The notes below the pieces were generated by a model. It was not told the DNA's origin. It worked only from the letters and a program-made list of their open reading frames with translations, and searched no databases. 64,000 nt of DNA from Rhodobacterales bacterium (GTDB lineage Bacteria > Pseudomonadota > Alphaproteobacteria > Rhodobacterales > Rhodobacteraceae): positions 6,848 to 70,847 of the forward strand of contig JAACUH010000067.1 in the NCBI GenBank assembly GCA_009993005.1. Direction: 5' to 3'. Of this stretch, positions 9,123 to 17,665 are shown piece by piece (the first letter of the stretch is position 1; every line of letters begins with the position of its first letter). Both the position numbers and the translations under genes were made by a program.

Positions 9123-9132
9123 TCTGGTCCAA
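9123..9132. promoter_or_regulatory. candidate GntR-type operator half (TCTGGTCCAA)
   Basis: It is the exact reverse complement of 9021..9030 and lies about 45 nt upstream of the uxuA ATG. Confidence 0.3.
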
Positions 9133-9174
9133 TCTTTGATTCGCGCAGTCCGATCCAGAAGAACGAGGCCCAGG

Positions 9175-10356
9175 ATGGAACAGACATGGCGATGGTTCGG
9201 CCCCGAGGACCCGGTGACGCTGTCCCATGTCCGCCAGGCGGGCGCCACCGGCATCGTGACCGCGCTGCATCAGCATTACCGGGGCGAGGTCTGGCCCGAG
9301 GCGGACATCGCCGCGCGCAAGCAGATGATCGAGGCCGCGGGCCTGCGCTGGTCTGTCGTGGAAAGCATCCCCGTGCCCAACGCGATCAAGCTTGGCGGGC
9401 CGGACGCCGCCCCCGCCATCGCCGCCTTTGCCGAGACGATGCGCAGGCTCGCGGCGGCCGGGGTCGGCACGATCTGCTACAACTTCATGCCGGTGGTGGA
9501 CTGGACCCGCACCGACCTGCGCTACCCGATGCCCTCCGGCGGGCGCGCGCTGCGCTTCGACATGGTGGCCTTCGTCGCCTATGACGTGTTCGTTCTCGCC
9601 CGCCCCTCCGCCGCGGATGACTATCCGCCCGCGCTGGTCGCGCAGGCGCAGGCGCATCGGGCGACGCTCGACGCCGCCGCGATCGACCGGCTCGAGCGCA
9701 CGATCATCGCGGGTCTGCCCGGCGCCGAGGCCTGGCATGACCGCGCGGGGATCGCGGACCTCATCGCGCGCTATGGCGACACCGGGCCGGACCAGTTGCG
9801 CGCCAACCTCACGGCGTTTCACAAGGCGATCATCCCGGTGGCGCGCGCCCATGGGCTGCGCATGTGCATCCACCCCGATGACCCGCCCTTCCCGCTCTTT
9901 GGCCTGCCGCGCGTCGTCTCGACCGGGGCGGATTATCAGGCGCTGTTCGATGCGGTGCCCGAGGTCGAGAATGGCATCACCTTCTGCACCGGCTCGCTGG
10001 GCGCGCGGCGCGACAATGACCTGCCCGCGCTGCTGGCCGCCTGGGCCGAGCGGGTGCATTTCGTCCATCTGCGCAACGTGGCGACCGAGGATGACGGGTC
10101 ATTCACCGAAGTCGGGCATCTCGATGGCGACACCGACATGGTCACGATGCTGCGCCTCTTGCGCGCAGAAGAGGCACGCCGCGCCAGCGCCGGGCGGGCG
10201 GACCATGTGATCCCCTTCCGCCCCGACCACGGGCACCTGCTGCTGGACGATCAGGAGAAGCAGACCCAGCCCGGCTATTCCGCCATCGGCCGGCTCAAGG
10301 GTCTGGCCGAGCTGCGCGGCATCCTCGCGGCGCTCGACCACGCGGCCGTGGCATGA
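9175..10356 (+). CDS. uxuA: mannonate dehydratase
   Basis: ORF track 8191..10356, trimmed to ATG 9175 (MEQTWRWFGPEDPVTLSHVRQAGATGIVTALH, a classic UxuA N-terminus). The protein is 393 aa. Confidence 0.92.
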   Translation: MEQTWRWFGPEDPVTLSHVRQAGATGIVTALHQHYRGEVWPEADIAARKQMIEAAGLRWSVVESIPVPNAIKLGGPDAAPAIAAFAETMRRLAAAGVGTICYNFMPVVDWTRTDLRYPMPSGGRALRFDMVAFVAYDVFVLARPSAADDYPPALVAQAQAHRATLDAAAIDRLERTIIAGLPGAEAWHDRAGIADLIARYGDTGPDQLRANLTAFHKAIIPVARAHGLRMCIHPDDPPFPLFGLPRVVSTGADYQALFDAVPEVENGITFCTGSLGARRDNDLPALLAAWAERVHFVHLRNVATEDDGSFTEVGHLDGDTDMVTMLRLLRAEEARRASAGRADHVIPFRPDHGHLLLDDQEKQTQPGYSAIGRLKGLAELRGILAALDHAAVA

Positions 10357-11138
10357 CCGGCGTGGCGCAGGATTTCGCCGGGCGCGTGGCGCTTGTGACA
10401 GGCACCAGCGGCATGGGTCTGGCGGCTGCGCTGCGGCTGGCGCGCGGCGGGGCGCGTGTGCATCTGTGCGGTGTCGATGCGGCGAGCAATGCGGCGGCGG
10501 CAGAGGCCGCACGCGGTCTGCCCGTTGCCGTGCATCTCTGCGATATCGCCCAGGACGATCAGGTTGCAGGCTGGGTCGATGACGTGATGGTGGATGAGAC
10601 GGGCATCGACATCCTCGTGAACGCCGCCGGCATCCAGACCTATGGCGACCTCGAAACGACAACGATCGCCGACTGGGACCGCGTGATGGGCGTCAACCTG
10701 CGCGGCGCCTTTCTCACCAGCCATTTCTGCTGGCCGCATATGAAAGGGCGGCGCGGCGCGATCATCCACATCAGTTCCGTCCAGGGGCATGCGAACCAGT
10801 TTGGTGTTCTGGGCTATGCGACCACCAAGGGCGCCGTCCATGCGATGACCCGCGCCATGGCTGTCGATTGTGCGAAACATGGGATCCGGGTGAACTCGAT
10901 CAGCCCCGGCTCGGTGCGCACGCCGCTGCTGGAATATGGCGCGGCGCAACTCGCCAAACCGGGCGAGACGATGGAGGACATGATTGCCACCTTCGGTGCG
11001 GCCCACCCCGTCGGCCGCGTCGGAACGGTCGAGGAAGTGGCCGAGATGGTCGCCTATCTCTGTTCCGACGCCGCCGCTTTCGTCACTGGCGCAGATTTCC
11101 GGATCGACGGGGGGCTGACTGCCTGGCTCGGGGTCTGA
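10353..11138 (+). CDS. SDR-family oxidoreductase
   Basis: ORF 10353..11138 with the TGTSGMGLA glycine motif and the YATTK catalytic motif. It has an ATGA overlap with the uxuA stop. Confidence 0.85.
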   Translation: MTGVAQDFAGRVALVTGTSGMGLAAALRLARGGARVHLCGVDAASNAAAAEAARGLPVAVHLCDIAQDDQVAGWVDDVMVDETGIDILVNAAGIQTYGDLETTTIADWDRVMGVNLRGAFLTSHFCWPHMKGRRGAIIHISSVQGHANQFGVLGYATTKGAVHAMTRAMAVDCAKHGIRVNSISPGSVRTPLLEYGAAQLAKPGETMEDMIATFGAAHPVGRVGTVEEVAEMVAYLCSDAAAFVTGADFRIDGGLTAWLGV

Positions 11139-11174
11139 CACACCGGCGTGGTGCGGGCTGGCAGCGGCGCGGAT

Positions 11175-11237
11175 GAGTATTTGGGCACAGAGAAATCCAG
11201 GCGCCGGCGCTCCCGGCTTCTCTGTGCCCAAATACTC
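11175..11237. repeat. perfect 20-bp inverted repeat (GAGTATTTGGGCACAGAGAA / TTCTCTGTGCCCAAATACTC) with 23-nt loop
   Basis: Read directly. It lies between the convergent SDR and ROK genes, and the right arm abuts the ROK stop codon. The arm resembles the GGATATTTGGGGCAAGA box of the repeat family. Confidence 0.85.
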
Positions 11238-12702
11238 AAACGCTGTCGGGGCCAGCCGCACCAAGCCATGACAGGAGCGCCGCGACATCCATGGGCATCG
11301 TCGTCCCGACCTCCCGCACCGGGCCCCGCGCCATCGGCCGCGCCCGGGTGGCGAGCGCGATGAGTTCTGGCACATAGTCCATCCCCGGGTGGCCGGGGTC
11401 GCGGGTGGCCACGCGGGCGGCATAGCGCGCGCCGATCTCTTCTGGCGGGGCATGGCACCAGATCTCGGCGATCTCGGTGATGCCGGCCCGCGCGAGGCCG
11501 GCGTCCAGCACCTCGGCCGGCTGGAAACCGAACCAGGCATCCATGATGAAGGTGCCGCCGGACGCGTCGGCGATCAGGTCAAAGATCGCATCATAGGCCG
11601 CGCGGCCCAGCCTGCGGTTCATCGGCCGGTCCACCGGGGCGAGCGTGGTGAGGAACGGGCCCTTGACGGTGTCGAGGGTCAGGCGCGGCCAGCCGGTCGC
11701 CTCGGCCAGCGCGCGTGCCACAGCACTTTTGCCGCTGGCGGGAACGCCGTTTACCATGATCAGCCGCTTGCGCAGGGGCGCGGGCAGCGCGCGCAGGCCG
11801 GCCAGTGCCGCGCCGATGACGCCCGCGTCGTCGCCGAGACGCGCGGCTGCGAGGGGGGCGTCGAACCAGGAATGCTCTGCGGGCACACGGCCGAGCGCGG
11901 CAACCATGGTCGCGCCCGCGCCGCCGCCGATCACCACAATGTCGGGATTGCAGATCGAAATCAGCGAATCGATGGCCGCCCGCAAGGGCCGGGCCCAGGC
12001 GTCGAGGACAGCGCCGGCGGCCGGGTCTTGACGCGCGAGCAGCGCCTCGGCGCGGGTATCGGCCGGCAGGCCGGCCGCGGCGAGATGGGTGGCAAAGGCG
12101 GTGCCGGAGCTCAGGGTCTCGACACAGCCAGTGCGGCCGCAGACACAGGGGCGACCATCAATATCGACCCTGATATGGCCCAACTGGCCTGCAAGGCCGC
12201 GCCCGCGCAGCACCTCACCGCCTGTGATCACAGCACCACCGATGCCCGTGCCGATGGTCAACAACACCGCGTTCGCCATGCCCTTTGCGGCGCCAAAGGC
12301 AGCTTCGGCCAGCAGAGCCATGGTCGCGTCATTCTCGACGGCGACAGGCAGGCCTGCGCCCGCCTCGACCAGCGCCGCAAAAGGCAGCGCGCTGAGGTCC
12401 ACATAGCCGCCCGACAGCACCCTGCGCGCCGCCGCATCGACCTGGCCGGGGATGCCGATACCGATGGCGGCAACCTGAGGCCTGCGCACCCGTTCGATCA
12501 GGTCAAGGCAGCGCCCCAGCACCACCTGCGGGTCGGGGTCGCTCGGCGCATGGGCGCGGGCGAGGATCTGGCCGTCGTCCGCCACGAGGGCCGCGCGCAT
12601 ATGCGTGCCGCCGATGTCTATGCCGATGGCGGGGCCGATGGCGGGGCCGATAGCGGGGCCGATGGCGGGGCCGATAGCGGGGCCGATGGCGGGGCGGGTC
12701 AT
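11236..12702 (-). CDS. ROK-family sugar kinase fused to a C-terminal P-loop (AAA_33/gluconokinase-like) kinase domain
   Basis: ORF 11236..12702. The ROK part has IDIGGT and the zinc motif CVCGRTGCVE. The C-terminal ~170 aa carry Walker A GVPASGKS. The N-terminus carries a (PAIG)x6 repeat. Confidence 0.8.
   Translation of the reverse strand: MTRPAIGPAIGPAIGPAIGPAIGPAIGIDIGGTHMRAALVADDGQILARAHAPSDPDPQVVLGRCLDLIERVRRPQVAAIGIGIPGQVDAAARRVLSGGYVDLSALPFAALVEAGAGLPVAVENDATMALLAEAAFGAAKGMANAVLLTIGTGIGGAVITGGEVLRGRGLAGQLGHIRVDIDGRPCVCGRTGCVETLSSGTAFATHLAAAGLPADTRAEALLARQDPAAGAVLDAWARPLRAAIDSLISICNPDIVVIGGGAGATMVAALGRVPAEHSWFDAPLAAARLGDDAGVIGAALAGLRALPAPLRKRLIMVNGVPASGKSAVARALAEATGWPRLTLDTVKGPFLTTLAPVDRPMNRRLGRAAYDAIFDLIADASGGTFIMDAWFGFQPAEVLDAGLARAGITEIAEIWCHAPPEEIGARYAARVATRDPGHPGMDYVPELIALATRARPMARGPVREVGTTMPMDVAALLSWLGAAGPDSV
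12622..12693 (-). repeat. 12-bp tandem repeat x6 (GCCGATGGCGGG / GCCGATAGCGGG) encoding (PAIG)6
   Basis: Read directly. The repeat is in-frame at the 5' end of the ROK gene, immediately before the IDIGGT ATP-binding motif. Confidence 0.95.
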
Positions 12703-12703
12703 C

Positions 12704-13603
12704 TCAGCCAGGGAAATGGCGCGCGATCACCGCCTGGATCTCGCGCAGGCGAGGGACGGCGATGTCGGTCAGGCGCTGCTGTGTCACGGCGCGGTCGAGC
12801 GAGATGCAATCTTTCCACAGCGAACGCCCGGCAATCACGCCGCTGGCGCCGTTCTCCATCGCGATCTCGACCTGACCCAGAAATGTCGCGTGATCGACCC
12901 CGGCCGACAGGACCGCCCAGGGCACATCGCCCGCCATCGCCGTGATTGCGGCGCAGGCGGCGGGGGTGCCGGGATAGGGGATCTTGAGCACCTTGGCGCC
13001 GAGGTCGAGGCAGATGCGCGACCCGCCCTCGATCAGCGCGGGGATGCGGGCGGCGTAATCCTCGGGCGCTTCGCCAGGCAGGGCGTAGGTGAGGAATTCG
13101 ACCACCAGCAGCAGGTCCTCGGCGGCATAGTCCGCAATCACGCGGCGCAGCGTCTCGATATTGGCCGCATCGGCCCCGGGCGTGTCGGCGCGCAGATAGA
13201 CCATGACCTTGGCGCCGGTTCCGCCCAGTTCGCGCACACGCCGCGCGGTGATCCCGGGCACCATGTTCGAGATGCGGTAGCCCTCGGGCGTGGTGTCGAA
13301 ACCCGAGGCGTCGATCCCGATCAGCAGGGCGGTGGCGCGGTCAAGCACGCCGTCATCCACGATCGCGGGCACCGCGCAGAGCGGATCGACCAGAACGCAA
13401 CCGGCGTAGCTGGCGAGATAGCGCGCGATATCCATCTTGGTCAGGCCGAGTGTAGTGTCTGATATGGCCTTCTGCTCCTCGGGCGTGCCGGCCAGCACCT
13501 GGCGCATCCCGCCGCGCTGGTCGCAGGCGATGACCATCATCGCGCCGTTCGTGCCGCAGATCTGCTGGTAACCGCGCCGTTCTGCGGTGGTCATGCGTGA
13601 CAT
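12704..13603 (-). CDS. class I aldolase, LacD/YihT (tagatose-bisphosphate / sulfofructose-phosphate aldolase) family
   Basis: ORF 12704..13603. MMVIACDQRGGMRQ, KVLKIPYPG and GASGVIAGRSLW resemble my recollection of E. coli YihT/LacD-type aldolases. Confidence 0.7.
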   Translation of the reverse strand: MSRMTTAERRGYQQICGTNGAMMVIACDQRGGMRQVLAGTPEEQKAISDTTLGLTKMDIARYLASYAGCVLVDPLCAVPAIVDDGVLDRATALLIGIDASGFDTTPEGYRISNMVPGITARRVRELGGTGAKVMVYLRADTPGADAANIETLRRVIADYAAEDLLLVVEFLTYALPGEAPEDYAARIPALIEGGSRICLDLGAKVLKIPYPGTPAACAAITAMAGDVPWAVLSAGVDHATFLGQVEIAMENGASGVIAGRSLWKDCISLDRAVTQQRLTDIAVPRLREIQAVIARHFPG

Positions 13604-13657
13604 GGTCTGTCCTTTGCTGGCCGCCCTGCGGCGTCTGCGCCTTGCCGATTGCCAGAC

Positions 13658-13675
13658 TATCGCGATTGCGCGATA
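13658..13675. promoter_or_regulatory. candidate operator palindrome TATCGCG-ATTG-CGCGATA
   Basis: A 7-bp perfect inverted repeat in the divergent aldolase/SorC-regulator spacer. Confidence 0.25.
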
Positions 13676-13765
13676 ACTCCATCAGCGCGATTGCTGTAAC
13701 ACGTTGCAGAAAGGAATTGCAAGCTGTCCACAGCCCCTCTGTCTGAAACCGGCGCAACCCGGGCT

Positions 13766-14671
13766 TTGCTGCACACCGTGGCGCGGCTGCACTATATCTC
13801 TGACCTCAGCCAGGTGAAGATTGCCAAGCAGCTTGGCGTGTCAACCGCGACGATCTCGCGGCTTCTGGCGCGGGCGCGTGCCGAAGGGATCGTGCGGATC
13901 GAGGTGCGTGACCTTGCCGTGCCCGAGGCGCTGGCGGACAGGCTCGCCGCCGCGCTGGGCCTCGCACAGGTGAGCGTGACCGACATGAACGCGACAGCCC
14001 AGCCCGGAGGGCTGGCGGTGCCGCTGGGGGCGATGCTGGTCGCGCAGGGGCTGGGGGCCGGGGCGGTTGTCGCGATCGGCTGGGGCCGGGCGATCAGGGC
14101 GGTGATCGAGGCCGGGTTGCCGCAGATCGCGGGCGTGCATGTGGTGCCGGCGACGGGCGGCCTGCAACAGCAGGCGCCGCATTTCCAGATCAACGAATTC
14201 GTGCGCATGGCCGCCGACCAGATGGGCGGGCAGCCGCATTTCATCCACGCGCCCTACCTGCCGTCGGCCGAAACCCGCGCGCTGTTCCTCGCCGATCCGG
14301 CAATCGCGGACAGTGTTGCGCTGTGGGACAGGATCGACGTGGCCGTGATGGGCGTCGGCCTGCCGCCCGCGCTGACCCCGCCCGAGGCGAGTGTCGCCAC
14401 GGCGAGCGAGCATGGCCTTGTCAGCGCCGCGGGGGACGTGATCCGCCATTACTACGAGGCCAGTGGCGAGATCATCGGGTGGGAGGGTGAGGGGCGTATG
14501 ATCGCTGTCGCACCTGACCAGTTGCGCCGTGCGCGTCTCTGTATCGGCCTCGCCGCCGGACAGAGCAAGGCCGCCCCGATCATCGGGGCCGCGCGCGCGG
14601 GGCTGATCAACGCGCTGGTCACAGACGTGCCGACCGCCGAGGCGATCCTGGACCTGCTGGGCGCCGCCTGA
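13766..14671 (+). CDS. SorC/DeoR-type sugar-binding transcriptional regulator
   Basis: ORF 13766..14671 (TTG start) with the HTH QVKIAKQLGVSTATISRLL followed by a sugar-phosphate-binding domain pattern. Confidence 0.85.
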   Translation: MLHTVARLHYISDLSQVKIAKQLGVSTATISRLLARARAEGIVRIEVRDLAVPEALADRLAAALGLAQVSVTDMNATAQPGGLAVPLGAMLVAQGLGAGAVVAIGWGRAIRAVIEAGLPQIAGVHVVPATGGLQQQAPHFQINEFVRMAADQMGGQPHFIHAPYLPSAETRALFLADPAIADSVALWDRIDVAVMGVGLPPALTPPEASVATASEHGLVSAAGDVIRHYYEASGEIIGWEGEGRMIAVAPDQLRRARLCIGLAAGQSKAAPIIGAARAGLINALVTDVPTAEAILDLLGAA

Positions 14672-14754
14672 GGCGGATTTTCCGGTCGCGGCGCATTCTT
14701 CTGGACGACTCCCTTGGTCTTGTGTGACGTTACGTCGCAAGAGCGGGGGCAAGG

Positions 14755-15034
14755 ATGAAGCTGGGTATTCTGACCGCAGCCTTTGGCGATGTCCCGCTGA
14801 CGGGCGTTGCTGATTGCGCGGCCTGCGCGGGGTTTGAGGTGCTGGAGGTGGCGTGGTGGCCCGCCGGCGCCGGGCGAGGTCGATTGGCCGGGCTTTTTAG
14901 CCGGGCTCTGGCGTGCAGGCCATCACGGGGCCGTGGTGATCGAACACGAGGACAGGGATTTCGAGGGCAGCGACGAGAAGGTCAAACGCGGCTTTCTGCT
15001 CGCCCGCGATGTGCTGCGCCCTTACGTCAAGTAG
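14755..15034 (+). pseudogene. remnant of a sugar phosphate isomerase/epimerase (TIM barrel) gene with large internal deletion plus frameshift
   Basis: Frame 1 gives a typical N-terminus, MKLGILTAAFGDVPLTGVADCAACAGFEVLEVA. Frame 2 (ORF 14807..15034) gives a typical C-terminus, GEVDWPGFLAGLWRAGHHGAVVIEHEDRDFEG...LRPYVK. Roughly 200 central codons are missing. Confidence 0.7.
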
Positions 15035-15061
15035 CGGCGCATTTGGAGGAGGAGAGATAAA

Positions 15062-16102
15062 ATGGGAGCGAGAACGATGAGGACATTCATGCAGGGCGTG
15101 GCCGGGGCTGCGTTGCTGGCGGGTCTGGCCGGGGCCGCGATGGCCGAGGGCTATACCATCGGCATTTCGAACACCGTGCAGGGCAATGGCTGGCGCGAGG
15201 AAATGGTCTGCGCGATGAAGGCGCAGGCGCTGTCCTCGGGGCTGGTGGACAGCCTGAACATCGCGCATCGCAACACCGACGCGGCCGGGCAACTCGAGGA
15301 TATCCGCAACCTCATCCAGGCGGGTGTGGATGCCATCGTGGTCAACCCGTCCTCGGCCGATGCGATCAATTCGGCGATTGCCGAGGCGACGGCGGCGGGC
15401 ATCGTCGTGGTCGCGGTTGACCAGGCGGTGAGCGAGGCGAGCGCCTACAACATCTCGAACGACCAGGAAGAATACGCCTATCTGGGCGCGAGCTGGCTGT
15501 TCCAGCAGATGGGCGGCGAGGGGCCGGTGGTCTATATGCGCGGCGCTGCCGGCGCGGGCGCCGACAATGACCGCGATACCGGTTTCCAGCGCGCGCTGGC
15601 CGAAAACCCGGGGATCCGCGTGGCACAAGAGGTGTTCACCGGCTGGCAGCAGGATCAGGGCAAACAGCAGATGCTCGACATCCTCGCCTCTGGCATTCCG
15701 GTGGCCGGCGTCTGGACCTCGGGCATCGACAATGTGATCGTCGATGCGTTCATCGAAAGCGACGTGCCGCTGGTGCCGATCGTGGGCGCCGACAATGCGG
15801 GCTTTGTCGGGCAACTGGCCTCGGTCGAGGGGTTTGTGGGCGCGGCGGTGTCGAACCCCGGCTCGATCGGTGGGGCCGGCATGACGCTGGCGCTGCGGAT
15901 TCTCGAAGGGCAGGTGCCCGAGGGTCAAACGCTCTATGTCACGCCGGCGCTGTGGGAAAACGTGACCGAAGAAGGCCGCGCCGTGATCGCCGCTGCGCAG
16001 AACCCGAACCTCGACCCCGAATGGCCGGTGTCGGTCGCGATTGCCGACTGGACGACCTATTCGCTGGACGAGATCATCGCCTGCAAGGGTCCGGGCGAGT
16101 AA
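15062..16102 (+). CDS. sugar ABC transporter periplasmic substrate-binding protein
   Basis: ORF 15062..16102 with signal peptide ...AALLAGLAGAAMA and the periplasmic-binding-protein type I pattern. Confidence 0.88.
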   Translation: MGARTMRTFMQGVAGAALLAGLAGAAMAEGYTIGISNTVQGNGWREEMVCAMKAQALSSGLVDSLNIAHRNTDAAGQLEDIRNLIQAGVDAIVVNPSSADAINSAIAEATAAGIVVVAVDQAVSEASAYNISNDQEEYAYLGASWLFQQMGGEGPVVYMRGAAGAGADNDRDTGFQRALAENPGIRVAQEVFTGWQQDQGKQQMLDILASGIPVAGVWTSGIDNVIVDAFIESDVPLVPIVGADNAGFVGQLASVEGFVGAAVSNPGSIGGAGMTLALRILEGQVPEGQTLYVTPALWENVTEEGRAVIAAAQNPNLDPEWPVSVAIADWTTYSLDEIIACKGPGE

Positions 16103-16115
16103 ACGACCGATGATG

Positions 16116-16144
16116 CCACCCCCGGCCCGCACGGTCGGGGGTGG
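16116..16144 (+). promoter_or_regulatory. intercistronic stem-loop after SBP gene
   Basis: CCACCCCCG ... CGGGGGTGG forms a 9-bp stem in the 75-nt spacer before the ATPase gene. Confidence 0.45.
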
Positions 16145-16177
16145 CGCCCCCCGACCCGCAGCCGTGACAAGAGCCTG

Positions 16178-17665
16178 ATGCAGCCCAATCCGCCCAAAAC
16201 ACCCCGCGCGATCCTCGACGCGCAGGGCGTCACAAAGAGTTTCGGCGCCGTGCAGGCGCTGCGCGGTGCGTCGCTGCGCGTGGGCGCGGGCGAGATCGTG
16301 GCGCTGATGGGGGCCAATGGCGCGGGCAAATCGACGCTGGTCAAGATCCTGACCGGCGCGCTGCGCCATGACGCCGGGACCATCACGATCAAGGATCGGC
16401 CGGTGCGCTTTGCCTCGCCCGCTGCCGCGCGGCGCGCCGGGCTGGTGCCGGTCTATCAAGAGCCCGCGCTGATCCCCGACCTCGATGTCGGCCAGAACCT
16501 GCGGCTGGGCGCGACACCGGTCGCGCCGTTCCGCCACTGGGTCGATGCGCTGGGCGTGACCGGGCTGCGGATGGACGATGCCATCGGGCATTTGCCGCTC
16601 GCCACGCTGCGCATCCTCGACCTCGCCCGCGCGCTGGCGATGGAGCCTGACGTCCTGATGCTCGACGAGATGACCGCCGCGCTGCCGACCGATCTGGTGG
16701 ACAATGTGCTGCGGGTGATGCGCGGCCAGGCCGATGCGGGGCGCGCGGTGATCTATATCTCGCATCGCTTTCCCGAGATCGCGCGCATCTGTGACCGCGC
16801 CACCGTGCTGCGCGACGGGGTGACGGTTGGCGACCTGCCGATCGTGCCGGGGGTCGAGGAGGAGGTGGTGGAGCTGATGCTGGGCCAGCGGATGACGCCC
16901 GCAGTCGCCGCGACCGGCCGCAGCGCCGCCAAAGGCACCGCGCGCCTGTCGGTCGCGGGCCTGTCGTTGGGCAGCAAGCTCGCCGAAGTGTCCTTTGACC
17001 TGCATGCGGGCGAGGTGCTGGGGGTTGTCGCGCTCGAAGGGCAGGGGCAAGACGAGCTGTTCGAGGTGCTCGCGGGCTTTCGGCGGGCCGGATCGGGCCG
17101 GATCAGTGTCGATGGCACGCCAGTCGCCTTTCGCCACCCCGCCGATGCGATTGCCGCAGGGCTGACCTTTGTGCCCGGCAACCGTGCCGATGCGCTGGCG
17201 ATGGGGCGCTCGGTGCGCGAGAATATCGCGCTTCCGGGCTTTGCCGCGCCGCGCCGCTGGGGGCCGATTGCGATGCAGGCCGAGGCGACGCGCATCGGCG
17301 CCGCCATCGACCGGCTCCAGATCGACACGCGCGCGCAGGGTGAGGTGCGGCGCCTGTCGGGCGGTAACCAGCAAAAGGTCACCATCGGCCGCTGGATCGC
17401 GCATGGGGTGCAGACATTGCTGCTGTTCGACCCCACGCGGGGGATCGACGTGCGGACCAAGAGGCAGATCTATGAATTGTGTCGCGACCTGGCCGCGCAG
17501 GGGGCGGCGGTGCTTTACTATACCTCCGAACTGGCCGAGGTGCCGCAGGCCTGCGACCGGGCCATCGTGATCTTTGGCGGGCGCGTGGTGGCCGAAATGC
17601 CGGCGGCAGAGGCGACCGAGGCCGCGCTGTTGCGCGCGGCCTATGGCCTGGCGGTGGCCACGTGA
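16178..17665 (+). CDS. sugar ABC transporter ATP-binding protein (two fused ATPase domains)
   Basis: ORF 16178..17665 with Walker A GANGAGKST, LSGGNQQK in the second domain, and 495 aa, typical of RbsA-like ATPases. Confidence 0.9.
   Translation: MQPNPPKTPRAILDAQGVTKSFGAVQALRGASLRVGAGEIVALMGANGAGKSTLVKILTGALRHDAGTITIKDRPVRFASPAAARRAGLVPVYQEPALIPDLDVGQNLRLGATPVAPFRHWVDALGVTGLRMDDAIGHLPLATLRILDLARALAMEPDVLMLDEMTAALPTDLVDNVLRVMRGQADAGRAVIYISHRFPEIARICDRATVLRDGVTVGDLPIVPGVEEEVVELMLGQRMTPAVAATGRSAAKGTARLSVAGLSLGSKLAEVSFDLHAGEVLGVVALEGQGQDELFEVLAGFRRAGSGRISVDGTPVAFRHPADAIAAGLTFVPGNRADALAMGRSVRENIALPGFAAPRRWGPIAMQAEATRIGAAIDRLQIDTRAQGEVRRLSGGNQQKVTIGRWIAHGVQTLLLFDPTRGIDVRTKRQIYELCRDLAAQGAAVLYYTSELAEVPQACDRAIVIFGGRVVAEMPAAEATEAALLRAAYGLAVAT

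Noticed and set aside
8191-9174. N-terminal 328 codons of ORF 8191..10356
   Set aside because: This is read-through across the GntR gene (antisense) and the promoter spacer. UxuA homology starts at ATG 9175.
14897-17404. 835-aa minus-strand ORF, the longest in the track
   Set aside because: It is rich in Arg/Gly/Pro/His with no motifs, and lies exactly antisense to well-supported SBP and ABC ATPase genes. It is a typical high-GC shadow ORF.
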